Source: Parvularculaceae bacterium
GTDB taxonomy: Bacteria > Pseudomonadota > Alphaproteobacteria > Caulobacterales > Parvularculaceae
Direction of reading: 5' to 3'
DNA length: 64,000 nt
Assembly: GCA_041398145.1 (NCBI GenBank)
Contig: JAWKVF010000007.1
Coordinates: 2,385 to 66,384 of the forward strand
This document shows, piece after piece, positions 29,747 through 40,089 of the stretch (position 1 is its first letter; each line of letters begins with the position of its first letter). The notes beneath the pieces are model-generated. The model saw nothing but the letters and a program-made list of their open reading frames with translations. It searched no databases and had not been told where the DNA came from. The position numbers were made by a program, and so were the translations under genes.

Positions 29747-29851
29747 GGATGCAATCCACAAATCGCTCTTGCCGTACCGGCGGCCGACATGGCCGGGCGG
29801 CGACGGTCCGGGTAAGTCGGTGGGCCGCCCCGACAGTGGGGCGGCGAGTTA

Positions 29852-32473
29852 TTACAGCGTGCGCGTGATCTTCTCGACGGCGAAGCATTCGATGACGTCG
29901 CCGACCTTGAGATCGTCATATTTGGCGAAGGACATGCCGCATTCCTGGCCCATTGGCACTTCCTGTACGTCGTCCTTGAAGCGTTTCAGTTGCGAAAGCT
30001 CGCCCTCGTGGATGACCGTATCGTCGCGAATGAGACGAACCTTCGCGCCGCGGCGCACCTGGCCTTCGGTGACGCGGCAGCCCGCGACCTTGCCGAACTT
30101 GGCGATGTTGAAGACTTCGAGGATTTCGGCGTTGCCGAGGAAGGTCTCGCGCAGTTCCGGTTCGAGCATGCCCGACAGCACCGCCTTGATGTCGTCGATG
30201 AGATCGTAAATCACCGAGTAATAGCGGATTTCGACGCCGGTCTTTTCGGCTTCTGCGCGCGCTTGTGCATTGGCGCGGACGTTAAAGCCGATCACCGGGG
30301 CGCCTGACGCGCCGGCGAGGATGACATCGCTTTCCGAAATGCCGCCGACGCCGGTATGCAATACGCGCACGCGCACTTCATCGGTGGCGATCTTTTCAAG
30401 GCTGCCGACAATCGCTTCGACCGAGCCTTGAACATCGCCCTTGATGACCAGCGGCATTTCCTTGATCTCGGCGTCCTGAAGCTGCGCCATCATCTGTTCA
30501 AGCGAGGTGCCTGACGATTTGGCGCTGGCCTGTTCGCGGCGCTTGCGGGCGCGGAATTCCGCGACCTCGCGGGCGCGTGCTTCATTTTCGACGACGACGA
30601 ACTGGTCGCCCGGCTCGGGCACGCCGTTCAGGCCAAGCACCTCAACCGGGCGGGCCGGGCCCGCCGCGTCGATGGTCTGGCCCTTGTCGTCGGCGAGCAG
30701 GCGCACCTTGCCCCATTCCGCGCCGACCACCAGCACGTCGCCGCGCTTCAGCGTGCCGCGCTGGACGAGGAACGTCGCGACCGCGCCGCGGCCCTTGTCG
30801 AGGCGCGCTTCAACGACAGAGCCTTCCGCCGTGCGGTCCGGATTGGCCCTGAGATCGAGCAGCTCCGCCTGTAGCAGGATCGCTTCAACCAGTTTGTCGA
30901 GATTGGTGCGCTTGGCGGCGGAGACTTCAACGTCGAGAACGTCGCCGCCCAGGCTTTCGACCTGGATCTCGTGCTGCAGCAGATCGGTGCGGACCTTTTG
31001 CGCATTCGCCGCCGGTTTGTCGATCTTGTTGATGGCGACAATGATCGGCACGCCAGCCGCCTTTGCGTGGCTGATCGCCTCGATGGTCTGCGGCATGATC
31101 GAGTCGTCGGCCGCGACCACCAGGATGACAATGTCGGTCACTTTGGCGCCGCGTGCGCGCATCTGCGTGAACGCGGCGTGGCCAGGCGTGTCGAGGAAGG
31201 TGATCTTGCGGCCGTCATTGACCTCGATCTGGTAGGCGCCGATGTGCTGGGTGATGCCGCCGGCTTCGCCGGCGACCACGTCGGTATGGCGAAGCGCGTC
31301 AAGCAGCGACGTCTTGCCGTGATCGACATGGCCCATAATGGTGACGACCGGCGCGCGCGGCGCCAGCGTGTCTTCTGAATCTTCCGGTCCGGTCAGGCCT
31401 TCTTCGACGTCGGATTCCGAAACCCGTTTTACCGTGTGGCCAAGGTCGGTCACGATCAGTTCCGCCGTGTCGGCGTCAAGCGTCGCATTGGCGGTGACCA
31501 TCTGGCCCTGTTTCATCAGTTCACGGATGAGATCGACAGCGCGCATCGCCATGCGCTGCGCCAGCTCCTGCACGGTGATGGTTTCCGGGATGACCACCTC
31601 GCGCACCACCGCCTTGCCACCGCCGCCGCGCTGCTGGCGCGCCAGTTTTTCGCGTTCGCGCGCGCGCTTGACCGAAGCAAGAGAGCGTTGCCGGTCGGCG
31701 TCGTCTTCCAGCGCATTGACGATGGTGAGACGGCCAGAGCGCCGGCGCGGCGCGTCTTTCGAGGCGTTCTCGCGGTCTGAGCGGTCGATCGCCGGCTTGC
31801 GTTTGGTTTTTAACCGACCGCCGAATTTGGCGAGCGGGTTGTCGGGGTCTTCCGGCTCCGCAGGTTTTTCCGCCGCGGGGCGGCCCTTGGTGCGGGTGTC
31901 GCTCTTGGCGGCGGCGCGCGCCTTGCGCTCGCGGTCTTCTTCTTCGAGCAGGCGCTTTGCTTCTTCTTCGGCGCGGCGGCGCTCGGTGGCCTCACGCTCG
32001 CGTTTGGCATCTTCCTCGGCGAGGCGTTTTTTCTCTTCCTCCAGCCGCGAGCGCTCTTCGGTTTCGCGGGCCTCGCGCTCGGAGCGTTCGGCGTCTTCGC
32101 GCTCGCGGCGCGCCTCGGCCTCTTTGCGGGCGGTGGCGAGGGCGGCGGCGCGGGCCTGTTTTTCGTCCTCGGACAGGGTGCGCAATACGGTCGGCGCGGC
32201 CTTCTTGTCAGTCTTGTCGGCGCTCTTCTGCGTCGCCTTGGTTTCAGGCGCGGCCGGGGCGGCGGCTTTTTCGCGCTTCGGCGCCGGCTTTTCCCCGTCG
32301 CCGCCCTTTTTCGGGGTCAGGACGCGGCGCTTCTTGGTCTCGACCACGACCGTCTTCGAGCGCCCATGCGAAAAGCTCTGCTTGACCGCACCGGTTTCGG
32401 TGCGACGCAAAGACAGCGGGCGGCGGCCGGACCGCGCTTCGGATTCAGACTTTGTATCGACGTCGTCGCTCAT
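29852..32473 (-). CDS. infB: Translation initiation factor IF-2
   Basis: [38 protein letters not shown]. Confidence 0.98.
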   Translation of the reverse strand: MSDDVDTKSESEARSGRRPLSLRRTETGAVKQSFSHGRSKTVVVETKKRRVLTPKKGGDGEKPAPKREKAAAPAAPETKATQKSADKTDKKAAPTVLRTLSEDEKQARAAALATARKEAEARREREDAERSEREARETEERSRLEEEKKRLAEEDAKREREATERRRAEEEAKRLLEEEDRERKARAAAKSDTRTKGRPAAEKPAEPEDPDNPLAKFGGRLKTKRKPAIDRSDRENASKDAPRRRSGRLTIVNALEDDADRQRSLASVKRAREREKLARQQRGGGGKAVVREVVIPETITVQELAQRMAMRAVDLIRELMKQGQMVTANATLDADTAELIVTDLGHTVKRVSESDVEEGLTGPEDSEDTLAPRAPVVTIMGHVDHGKTSLLDALRHTDVVAGEAGGITQHIGAYQIEVNDGRKITFLDTPGHAAFTQMRARGAKVTDIVILVVAADDSIMPQTIEAISHAKAAGVPIIVAINKIDKPAANAQKVRTDLLQHEIQVESLGGDVLDVEVSAAKRTNLDKLVEAILLQAELLDLRANPDRTAEGSVVEARLDKGRGAVATFLVQRGTLKRGDVLVVGAEWGKVRLLADDKGQTIDAAGPARPVEVLGLNGVPEPGDQFVVVENEARAREVAEFRARKRREQASAKSSGTSLEQMMAQLQDAEIKEMPLVIKGDVQGSVEAIVGSLEKIATDEVRVRVLHTGVGGISESDVILAGASGAPVIGFNVRANAQARAEAEKTGVEIRYYSVIYDLIDDIKAVLSGMLEPELRETFLGNAEILEVFNIAKFGKVAGCRVTEGQVRRGAKVRLIRDDTVIHEGELSQLKRFKDDVQEVPMGQECGMSFAKYDDLKVGDVIECFAVEKITRTL

Positions 32474-32659
32474 CAAAACTCCGTTGTCGCCGCATCGGGC
32501 GGCGGCCTTCCATTGCAATCAAAAGGCTCGCGAAGGCGGCTATGGAATAGCCCTCTAAGCCTCGTCGGTCCACCGCAGGGAGTTAATTATTCCCTGCCAA
32601 ATCATCGCGGCTCAAATCATCGCAGCGCGGATGCTTTTGCGTCCGGGCCGCGCCGCGTC

Positions 32660-33310
32660 TTAAGCGCCTTGCGCTCTTTCATCGTTGCCGTCGGCGACAA
32701 AGCCGGCAAGCCGGCGCGCCTCCATCGTAAACCTTTTCGCCGCCGGGCCGCGCTTCAGCGCCACATGGCGCACCCCGTCGCGCCCCAGCGCCGCCGACAA
32801 CTCCGCCACGGTGAACAGGCGAAAAACTTCCGCCTGCCCGGCTGCGCGTTTCAGTTTCGACGCCCCGTCCTCGGCGGCGTCGCTCGCGGTGATCAGCACC
32901 ATTGCGCTGCCGGCGAGGCATTCGCGAACCTGATCGTAGCCGGCGGCCGCCTGGCCGGCGCGGCGCGCCAGGCCGATGGCGTCGAGCGCGCGCCGTTTCA
33001 GCCCCGCCTCGACCGCCGCCGGCAATTCCGCCGGCGCAAGCGCATTCGCCTTGAAGGCGCGGGCGAACAGGTTCTTCGCCATCGCCGTCGTCAGCGCCGC
33101 GCGATTGGCGCTGACCCAGGCGCCGCGGCCCGGCAGCTTGCCGGAAAAATCCGGCGCCACCTCGCCGTCGGGACCAAGCGCAAACCGCACCATGGCGTCG
33201 GCGCTGGTCGCGCCGCCGCCTGCAATGCAGGTCCGCTCGGGCCCGCCGCCCGCTGTTTTAGGCGTCTGCGCCAGCCGTTTCCTCCTCTTGCGGTTCTTCT
33301 TCGTCCGCAT
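32660..33310 (-). CDS. YlxR/DUF448 RNA-binding protein fused to an L7Ae-like domain
   Basis: PERTCIA, LPGRGAW, conserved position between nusA and infB; start uncertain. Confidence 0.88.
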   Translation of the reverse strand: MRTKKNRKRRKRLAQTPKTAGGGPERTCIAGGGATSADAMVRFALGPDGEVAPDFSGKLPGRGAWVSANRAALTTAMAKNLFARAFKANALAPAELPAAVEAGLKRRALDAIGLARRAGQAAAGYDQVRECLAGSAMVLITASDAAEDGASKLKRAAGQAEVFRLFTVAELSAALGRDGVRHVALKRGPAAKRFTMEARRLAGFVADGNDERAQGA

Positions 33311-34877
33311 TCATCGCCGCAAGGTCTTCCTCGGTGATCCAGCCCGCCGCGACGCGCGCGCGCATGATCAGATCTTCGGCCGCTGCGGGCGTTAGGCGAT
33401 AGCTTTCGAGAATGCCGTCGTAATGCTTCTTTTCGCCGTCGACGCGTTCGGTCCAGCCGGTAAGATCGTCGGTGACGCAACCGGCGAAATCGTCAATCGT
33501 CTTGATGTCGTTTTCGCCAAGGGTGACGATCATTTTCAGATCAAGCCCCTCGAACCCGGCAAGGCCGTCTTCGACGCCAAGCTCCTTGCGGCGGGCGTCC
33601 AGCTTTTTCGCCTGCTCTTCGAGCCACTCGGCGGCGCGCGCCTGAAGCTCTTCGGCGGTCTCTTCATCAAGGCCGTCGATCTCTGTCAGGTCGTCGATTT
33701 CGACATAGGCAAGTTCTTCGATCTTGGCGAAGCCTTCCGAAACCAGCAGGCCGGCCATCATATCGTCAACGTCGAGCGCCTCCATGAACAGTTCGGAACG
33801 TACACGGAATTCTTCCTGGCGTTTGGCGCTTTCTTCTTCCTCGGTCATGATGTCGATTTCATAGCCGGTAAGCTGAGAGGCGAGGCGCACGTTCTGACCG
33901 CGCCGGCCGATGGCCAGCGACAATTGCTCGTCGGGCACCACGACCTCGATGCGGTCAAGTTCTTCGTCAAGCACGACCTTTGCGACTTCCGCCGGGGCCA
34001 GCGCGTTGACGACAAAGGTCGCGGGGTCGGGCGACCATGGCACGATGTCGATTTTCTCGCCGCCAAGCTCGTTGACGACCGCCTGAACGCGGCTGCCGCG
34101 CATGCCGACGCAGGCGCCGACCGGGTCGATGCCGCCGTCGTTCGACATCACGCCGATCTTGGCGCGGCTGCCCGGATCTCGGGCGACCGCCTTGATCTCG
34201 ATGACGCCGTCGTAAACTTCCGGCACTTCCTGTTCGAACAGCTTGGCCATGAATTGCGGGTGCGAACGCGACAGGAATATCTGAGGCCCGCGCGGTTCGC
34301 GCCGCACGTCCATGATATAGGCGCGAACGCGGTCGCCATTGCGATAGGCCTCGCGCGGCAATTGCTGGTCGCGGCGCACCACCGCTTCGGTGCGGCCAAG
34401 ATCGACAATGACGTGGCCGTATTCGACACGTTTGACGATGCCGTTGACGATTTCGCCGATACGGTCTTTATAATCTGCATACTGACGGTCGCGTTCGGCC
34501 TCGCGAACCTTCTGGGTGATCACCTGCTTGGCCGACATCGCCGCAACGCGGCCGAAATCGATCGGGGGCAGCGGCTCCGATATGAACGCCCCGATCTCGG
34601 CGGCGGGGTTTTTTTGCAGCGCTTCCTTCAGGGTGATCTGGGTGGAATCGTTTTCAATCTCTTCGACGACTAGGAGATGGCGCCACAGGCGGGTTTCGCC
34701 GGTCGCTGGATTGATTTCGGCTTTGACGTCCGTTTCGTGGCCGTAACGCGAGCGCGCGGCGCGCGCCAGCGCGTCCTCCATCGCTTCGATCACGAGCGCG
34801 CGATCGATTGATTTTTCACGCGCGACCGCGTCGGCGATCTGAATGAGCTCAAGCCGGTTCGCACTAACGGCGTTCAT
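33258..34877 (-). CDS. nusA: Transcription factor NusA
   Basis: RVAAMSAKQVI, ARDPGSRAKI, GACVGMRGSRV, LAIGRRGQNVRLAS. Confidence 0.98.
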   Translation of the reverse strand: MNAVSANRLELIQIADAVAREKSIDRALVIEAMEDALARAARSRYGHETDVKAEINPATGETRLWRHLLVVEEIENDSTQITLKEALQKNPAAEIGAFISEPLPPIDFGRVAAMSAKQVITQKVREAERDRQYADYKDRIGEIVNGIVKRVEYGHVIVDLGRTEAVVRRDQQLPREAYRNGDRVRAYIMDVRREPRGPQIFLSRSHPQFMAKLFEQEVPEVYDGVIEIKAVARDPGSRAKIGVMSNDGGIDPVGACVGMRGSRVQAVVNELGGEKIDIVPWSPDPATFVVNALAPAEVAKVVLDEELDRIEVVVPDEQLSLAIGRRGQNVRLASQLTGYEIDIMTEEEESAKRQEEFRVRSELFMEALDVDDMMAGLLVSEGFAKIEELAYVEIDDLTEIDGLDEETAEELQARAAEWLEEQAKKLDARRKELGVEDGLAGFEGLDLKMIVTLGENDIKTIDDFAGCVTDDLTGWTERVDGEKKHYDGILESYRLTPAAAEDLIMRARVAAGWITEEDLAAMNADEEEPQEEETAGADA

Positions 34878-35446
34878 TGAGGGTCTCCACCTTCATCATC
34901 TGACTGCTCCTTGGTCATCATTTTTTGCGCATCCTTGGCGGCCTTCAGGCTTTCGCGGATGAGCTGGTCGGATAGTACAAGCTTTGCGCTGCGCACCCAT
35001 GCAAAGGGGATGAGTGCGGTCTCTTCATCGTCGTCAATGTCGAGGCAGATATTGTCGCCTTCGACGCCGGCGAGGACGCCTTTGAATTTTTTACGCCCCT
35101 CGACCATGCGGTCGAGTTCAATCTTGCATTCATAGCCCTGCCAGTCGTGAAAGTCTTTAAGACGCACGAGCGGGCGGTCGATGCCGGGCGAGGAAACCTC
35201 CAGCCGGTAATTGCCGTCAATCGGGTCGGCTTCGTCGAGCAGCGGCGACAGCGCGCGCGACAGCGTGGCGCAATCTTCCGCAGACATGGTCTTGTCAGAC
35301 CGCTCGGCCATGATCTGAAGGGTTTTGCGCTCGTTGCCAGTCACGCGCACGCGCACCAGTTCAAACCCGGCGGCGGCGACCGCGGGCGAAACCAGTTCTG
35401 CAAGGCGCTCTTCCAGTACGGACATCAGCGAAGTACTCTTGGGCAT
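34874..35446 (-). CDS. rimP: Ribosome maturation factor RimP
   Basis: LQIMAER, YRLEVSSPGIDRPL, GRKKFKG. Confidence 0.96.
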   Translation of the reverse strand: MPKSTSLMSVLEERLAELVSPAVAAAGFELVRVRVTGNERKTLQIMAERSDKTMSAEDCATLSRALSPLLDEADPIDGNYRLEVSSPGIDRPLVRLKDFHDWQGYECKIELDRMVEGRKKFKGVLAGVEGDNICLDIDDDEETALIPFAWVRSAKLVLSDQLIRESLKAAKDAQKMMTKEQSDDEGGDPQ

Positions 35447-35485
35447 ATTGGCCCTGGGAACAGGGTCGACAGGCGAAGGCGGAAC

Positions 35486-35515
35486 AAAAAAGCGGGCCCC
35501 GGCGGGGCCCGCTTT
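35486..35515 (-). promoter_or_regulatory. rimP-leader attenuator (terminator hairpin upstream of rimP)
   Basis: Minus strand AAAGCGGGCCCC-GCC-GGGGCCCGCTTTTTT, 40 nt upstream of the rimP ATG; matches the described GGGC-stem rimP leader. Confidence 0.75.
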
Positions 35516-35688
35516 CGAATTTTCGATAGCGTTTGAGTGCTGATATAGGGCGCCGGGACGCAAATGTCACGCGCAAACGGCGTTGGTTAACGACGCCTAG
35601 GATTCCCCGCGCCGCGGCGCTAAGCTGGGCCGGGGTAAGGGTGTGCGCCGCGCCGCCGGGGAGCGCGCGGCAAATAGGGGTAAAATCG

Positions 35689-36186
35689 ATGATTGGAAGG
35701 CTTTTCGCCATCATAGTTGGCGTTGGGGTGGCGGTCGCCGGTTCGCAGGGGCCGGGCTTTACGCTGCAATACATGCAGAACCTGACCGGCCGTATCGACG
35801 AATTACGCCCGATTGTTGAGCAGTTCGACGCCGATGTCGGTCGATACGGCTATACACGGCAGGCCGCCATGGCTGAGTGCCTGACGGCAGACGGCTTGCT
35901 TGATGCGCTTTGTTCCAGCTACGAAACAGTTGTCGCCCGTTATGAAGAGTTAAGCGCGCATTATAACGAGCTGACCGCCGCCAGCGATTATGTGCGTCCG
36001 CTGGTGCTCGCCAAATCGTTCAAGCGCGATATCGCCGATTCCGTCTATGAAGAGTTCGCGCCGGCGATGCCGGTGACCCCGGTCGGCCTTGCTTATGCCG
36101 GCGGCGGCTTCATCGTCGGCTGGGGCCTTTTGTCCTTCGTGTTTGGCCTTCTGGGCTCGATGTTCGGCGGCAGGCGCTACGCGTAA
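35689..36186 (+). CDS. DUF2937 family protein
   Basis: SQGPGFTLQYMQNLTGRIDEL; terminal TM helices. Confidence 0.82.
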   Translation: MIGRLFAIIVGVGVAVAGSQGPGFTLQYMQNLTGRIDELRPIVEQFDADVGRYGYTRQAAMAECLTADGLLDALCSSYETVVARYEELSAHYNELTAASDYVRPLVLAKSFKRDIADSVYEEFAPAMPVTPVGLAYAGGGFIVGWGLLSFVFGLLGSMFGGRRYA

Positions 36187-36214
36187 GGGGCGCAGGCCGG
36201 TTTGAGCCCTCCGG

Positions 36215-37087
36215 TTAAGGCCGGTTCGTCCACCCAAGCGGGCCGGCCGTCGCCACGGTTTTGAAATTGGCGCAGGAAAGGTCTGCGCCGAGTCGCGCCG
36301 AAAGCCGGGCGAGATCGGCGTTGAATATATCCTCCAGCCGCGCTGCGGCGCCCGGCGACAATTGCGGCCGCTCGCGCATCTGCAAGTTCGATTTGACGCG
36401 GTCACGCAGGGATTTCGGCACGAGTCTGCGCCTGAAAAACGTCGCGACGGGGTTGCCGACAATCAGCGAATAGCCGGGGAATTTCCTGATGCGCTCGGCG
36501 GAGACGTTCTGCGCGCTTTGATCTTCTTTCCAGGCGACATCGCCCTTTGCGCCCAGAAACGCCGCGATGCGTTTCAGTTCGGCGTCCGGCGCCGCCGTCA
36601 TTCTCTCAAAGACGACCGGCAGCACGCGCTCCTTGCCGAAGCGTGCAACGAAGGGTTCGAGCTGAAAAGCGTAGCGCGAATACTCGACGAGTTCCGGATG
36701 CTCCTCGATCGCCGTATCGAGCGGGCATTTGATGACCCCTTGCGTCCACTCATGAATGTAATGCGAGACGAGCCGGTCGACGGGATGGCGCATCACATAG
36801 ATGAATTTCGCATCCGGGATCAGCGCGGCCAGGCGCTCAATCGTTTTCGGATAGGTCGGCAGTTTCGTGTAATGGGTCGACGACTCGCCTCTGAGGACGC
36901 CGGCCGGCGCCTCGGCGAACAGGCCGCGATACCACGCCTCGCCCCTTGCGTAGACATCATCGTCGGAAAAGAAATTCGGCTCTTTCGGCTCGCTCATGAA
37001 AAAGCCCGGCTGCGCGGCGAGTTGCGCGTGCAGGGTCGAGGTGCCGCATTTCATGGCGCCGATGATGACAAAATCCGGAAGGCTCAT
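36215..37087 (-). CDS. PAPS-dependent sulfotransferase
   Basis: 5'-PSB loop IIGAMKCGTSTL, KEPNFF, GESSTHY, 3'-PB RHPVDRLVSHY. Confidence 0.92.
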   Translation of the reverse strand: MSLPDFVIIGAMKCGTSTLHAQLAAQPGFFMSEPKEPNFFSDDDVYARGEAWYRGLFAEAPAGVLRGESSTHYTKLPTYPKTIERLAALIPDAKFIYVMRHPVDRLVSHYIHEWTQGVIKCPLDTAIEEHPELVEYSRYAFQLEPFVARFGKERVLPVVFERMTAAPDAELKRIAAFLGAKGDVAWKEDQSAQNVSAERIRKFPGYSLIVGNPVATFFRRRLVPKSLRDRVKSNLQMRERPQLSPGAAARLEDIFNADLARLSARLGADLSCANFKTVATAGPLGWTNRP

Positions 37088-37088
37088 T

Positions 37089-38060
37089 TCAATCTCGTTT
37101 TGGCGCATGTCGGTCGCCCATCTGGTCGCGCCAGTTCAGCCAGTGATCGGCGCCCTGATGTTCGCAGATCAGCGGCGCGGGCTTGCCGAACAGGGCGCGC
37201 AAGCGTGCAATCGCGCGCCCTTTCAGCCAGCCGATATTGGCGAGATAAAGACCCAGCGGGCTGTAATTCTTGCGAAAATACCGGGTGCGCGACGCGTAAT
37301 AATAGGCCGGCGGGCGCTTTTTGGCTTTCAGCGACGATTTCACCGGCGACGAGCCGCCGCGCAGATGCACGACGCGCGCCGACGGATCGTAAAGGCTCGC
37401 CCAGCCGGCGCGCTTCATCGCGTGGCAGTAATCGGCGTCCTCGAAATACATGAAGAAGCCCTCGTCCATCAGCCCGGCGTCGTCGATGGCGGCGCGCCGC
37501 ACCAGCACGCAGGCGAAGCTGACCCAGTCGCTTTCAACCGGTGCGTCCACGACCGCGCGCGGCACGACAAAGCGCGCAAACATTTTGTCGAGCGGACCGG
37601 TTTCGGCGGCTGATAAAAATTCTGACATCGGCGATATGAAATGGAAGCAGGAGATTTGCGCGGTTCCGTCCTCGTCTTCGAGGCGCGGGCCGATAATGCC
37701 GGCGCGCGGATGGGCGCGCGCAGAAGCAATCAGGCTTTCAAGCGCGCAGGGGCGCACCAGCGCGTCGGAATTGAGCAGCAGGTAAAATTCGGCGTCAATC
37801 GCAGCGATGCCGATATTGTTGCCGCCGGAAAAGCCGGTGTTCTCCGGCGAGCGGATCAGCGTGACGCGATTTTTCCAATTCGCACCTACCTCGCTCAAAT
37901 AGGCGTCGATGGCGTCGGCCGAACCGTCATCGGAAAAATTGTCGACGATGACCGCGCGTGCGTCATTGCCGGCAAGCTGCGGCCCGAGCGCGTCGATACA
38001 GCGGCGCACCAGATCCGGCGTGCGGTAATTGATGATGACGACGCCAAGCGTCGCCGTCAT
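37089..38060 (-). CDS. Glycosyltransferase family 2
   Basis: VIINYRT, IVDNFSDDGS, NTGFSGGNN, LLNSDA, FMYFEDADYC; start may be ~33 nt further upstream. Confidence 0.92.
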   Translation of the reverse strand: MTATLGVVIINYRTPDLVRRCIDALGPQLAGNDARAVIVDNFSDDGSADAIDAYLSEVGANWKNRVTLIRSPENTGFSGGNNIGIAAIDAEFYLLLNSDALVRPCALESLIASARAHPRAGIIGPRLEDEDGTAQISCFHFISPMSEFLSAAETGPLDKMFARFVVPRAVVDAPVESDWVSFACVLVRRAAIDDAGLMDEGFFMYFEDADYCHAMKRAGWASLYDPSARVVHLRGGSSPVKSSLKAKKRPPAYYYASRTRYFRKNYSPLGLYLANIGWLKGRAIARLRALFGKPAPLICEHQGADHWLNWRDQMGDRHAPKRD

Positions 38061-38169
38061 TTTCTCATCTGTGTGGTGTTCGTCCGCCATCATTCCCGCA
38101 AGGTCCGCCGCTGCGAGAACGCCCCGTTCGGTCATGAATTGCAAGCCTGTACAAACTTCATGCCGTCCG

Positions 38170-39024
38170 TCATGGCGTTCGGTGGGGGACAAGCGCCGCA
38201 AAATCGACCAACGTCGGATCGGGCAATTGGCTGCCGCGGACGTTTTTCAGCGCCGTCCATATAATCTCGCGCTGACCGGGGCGCCTTTTCTCCCACGCGT
38301 CGAGCAGGCGCCCCATCGCCTGGCGCTGCAAGCCGTCCTGGCTGCCGCACAGATCGCAGGGAATGATCGGGAACGCCATTGCCGCGGCGAATTTGGCGAT
38401 GTCATCCTCCGCGCAATCGATGAGCGGCCGCAGGGTCAGCAGATCGCCCTCGTCATTGACCAGTTTCGGCGCCATCGCCGCCAGACGCCCGCCGTGGAGC
38501 AAATTCATCAGGAAGGTCTCAAGCGCGTCGTCGCGATGATGGCCGAGAACGATGGCGTCGCAGTTTTCTTCGCGTGCGATCCGGTAAAGATGGCCGCGCC
38601 GCAACCGCGAGCATAACGAGCAATAGGTTTTGCCTTCGGGAATTTTGTCGGTGACGATTGAATAGGTGTCGCGGCGTTCGATGCGCCGCGCGACGCCAAG
38701 ACGGTCAAGATATTCCGGCAGGATATGCGACGGGAAACCGGGTTGCCCCTGATCGAGATTGCAGGCGAGAATGTTGACATCGATCATTCCCTGCGCCTTG
38801 AGATCAAGCAGCACCGCCAGCAGCGTATAACTGTCCTTGCCGCCCGACAGGCAGACCAGCCAGCGCGGGCGTGCAACGCCGCCGGTCATTGCATAGCGCG
38901 TGATCGCGTCCAGCGCCTGCCGGCACAATCGCTTGCGCATTTTGCGGAAGGAAACGCTGTCTGGCGCATCGGCATAGAGCCTCGCCAATGCGGCGGGCTC
39001 GGAAAGGGCGAGATCGTCAGCCAT
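38170..39024 (-). CDS. ttcA: tRNA 2-thiocytidine(32) synthetase TtcA
   Basis: [35 protein letters not shown]. Confidence 0.96.
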   Translation of the reverse strand: MADDLALSEPAALARLYADAPDSVSFRKMRKRLCRQALDAITRYAMTGGVARPRWLVCLSGGKDSYTLLAVLLDLKAQGMIDVNILACNLDQGQPGFPSHILPEYLDRLGVARRIERRDTYSIVTDKIPEGKTYCSLCSRLRRGHLYRIAREENCDAIVLGHHRDDALETFLMNLLHGGRLAAMAPKLVNDEGDLLTLRPLIDCAEDDIAKFAAAMAFPIIPCDLCGSQDGLQRQAMGRLLDAWEKRRPGQREIIWTALKNVRGSQLPDPTLVDFAALVPHRTP

Positions 39025-39096
39025 GGTGCACGCTTTCGAAATGGGCGTTCCCGAAAGAAACGAACGCCGGTCATATCCTGTCGACGCCGCCAAGGT

Positions 39097-39786
39097 TTAT
39101 AGTCGCTGGAAAATCAGATAGGCGGGCGGGCGCCCTTCGCGAATGGCTTTGGCCTCATAGCGGGTCTGCGGCCAGTCGTCTGGGCGCACGCGCCAGTCGT
39201 CAGCACGCTTGGCGGTCCATTCGAATTGATCTGTATGCTGCGCGTGCATCAGCGTCCAGCGCACATAATCGGGAATATCCGAGGCGACGCGCAATTGCGA
39301 TCCGGGCCGCAACAGCCGGGCCGCCTGTTCAAAAAACCACGGCGAAATCATCCGCCGTTTGAAATGGCGCTTCTTCGGCCATGGATCGGGGTGCAAAACG
39401 AAAATGCGCGACAGCGACGCGTCGGGCAGGGCCTCAATCATCGGGCGCGCATCGCCATGCAGCACGCGCACATTACCGAGCCCCTGATCGTCAACCTGCG
39501 TCAACAGCTTGCCGACGCCGTTGATGAACGGCTCTGCGCCAATCATCCCGGTCTGCGGGTGACGCGCCGCCTGCCAGGCGAGATGCTCGCCGCCGCCGAA
39601 CCCGACTTCAAGCCAGATATCGTGCTTTCCGGGGAAAAGCGCAGCGAGATCAATCGCTCCCGCCGCGCCGTCAGGCATGGCGATTTTCGGCAGCAAGTCA
39701 TCGATCAAACGCGCCTGACGCGGCTTTAACGGCTTGCCTTTCTGGCGTCCGTATAGCTGAGAGATATAGGTGTCGGCGGCGGTCAT
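39097..39786 (-). CDS. trmB: tRNA (guanine-N7)-methyltransferase TrmB
   Basis: LEVGFGGGEHL, GAEPF, HPDPWPKKRHFKRR, TRYEAKA. Confidence 0.96.
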   Translation of the reverse strand: MTAADTYISQLYGRQKGKPLKPRQARLIDDLLPKIAMPDGAAGAIDLAALFPGKHDIWLEVGFGGGEHLAWQAARHPQTGMIGAEPFINGVGKLLTQVDDQGLGNVRVLHGDARPMIEALPDASLSRIFVLHPDPWPKKRHFKRRMISPWFFEQAARLLRPGSQLRVASDIPDYVRWTLMHAQHTDQFEWTAKRADDWRVRPDDWPQTRYEAKAIREGRPPAYLIFQRL

Positions 39787-40036
39787 GGCGTCGGTGAGCG
39801 TTGTCTTTAAGCAGCGTGCTGCGCCCTTCATACATTAAGCGCCGATAGTCAACGCCCCATGCGGCCGATACGGGCCGGATCTACGGTTTTGGACAGGGGG
39901 CCTCACGCGATCCCGTCAGGGAAACCCACGCCGGCGCGAGTATGGCCGTGACACGCCTGGGGGCGCGCAGAACTTCAAAATCATTGACTGGTCCGACATC
40001 TGCGAAGCGCTCGGTTTTTAGTTCTGCGTCGCCGAG

Positions 40037-40063
40037 AAAAAAGCCCCGCGAAGCGGGGCTTTT
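40037..40063. terminator. Bidirectional intrinsic terminator after pckA
   Basis: AAAAAAGCCCCGC-GAA-GCGGGGCTTTT. Confidence 0.88.
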
Positions 40064-40089
40064 AAATGAGTCGATGAAGTCAGTTTCAA

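Noticed and set aside
32573-32595. GCAGGGA-N-TCCCTGC hairpin between ylxR and infB
   Set aside because: Isolated 7-bp stem without a U-tract or the CCGGTT core of the repeat family; function unsupported.
33423-34673. Long antisense ORFs (33423-34673, 31338-32558, 44775-45998, 8813-9835, 36362-37453 and similar)
   Set aside because: They mirror well-supported genes on the opposite strand, are expected in high-GC DNA, and show no domain motifs.
39885-39930. Resemblance to the tmRNA T-arm (TTTTGGACAGGGG...TCCCGTCAG)
   Set aside because: No GGTTCGA T-loop, no CCA end and no GGGGC acceptor 5' strand nearby.
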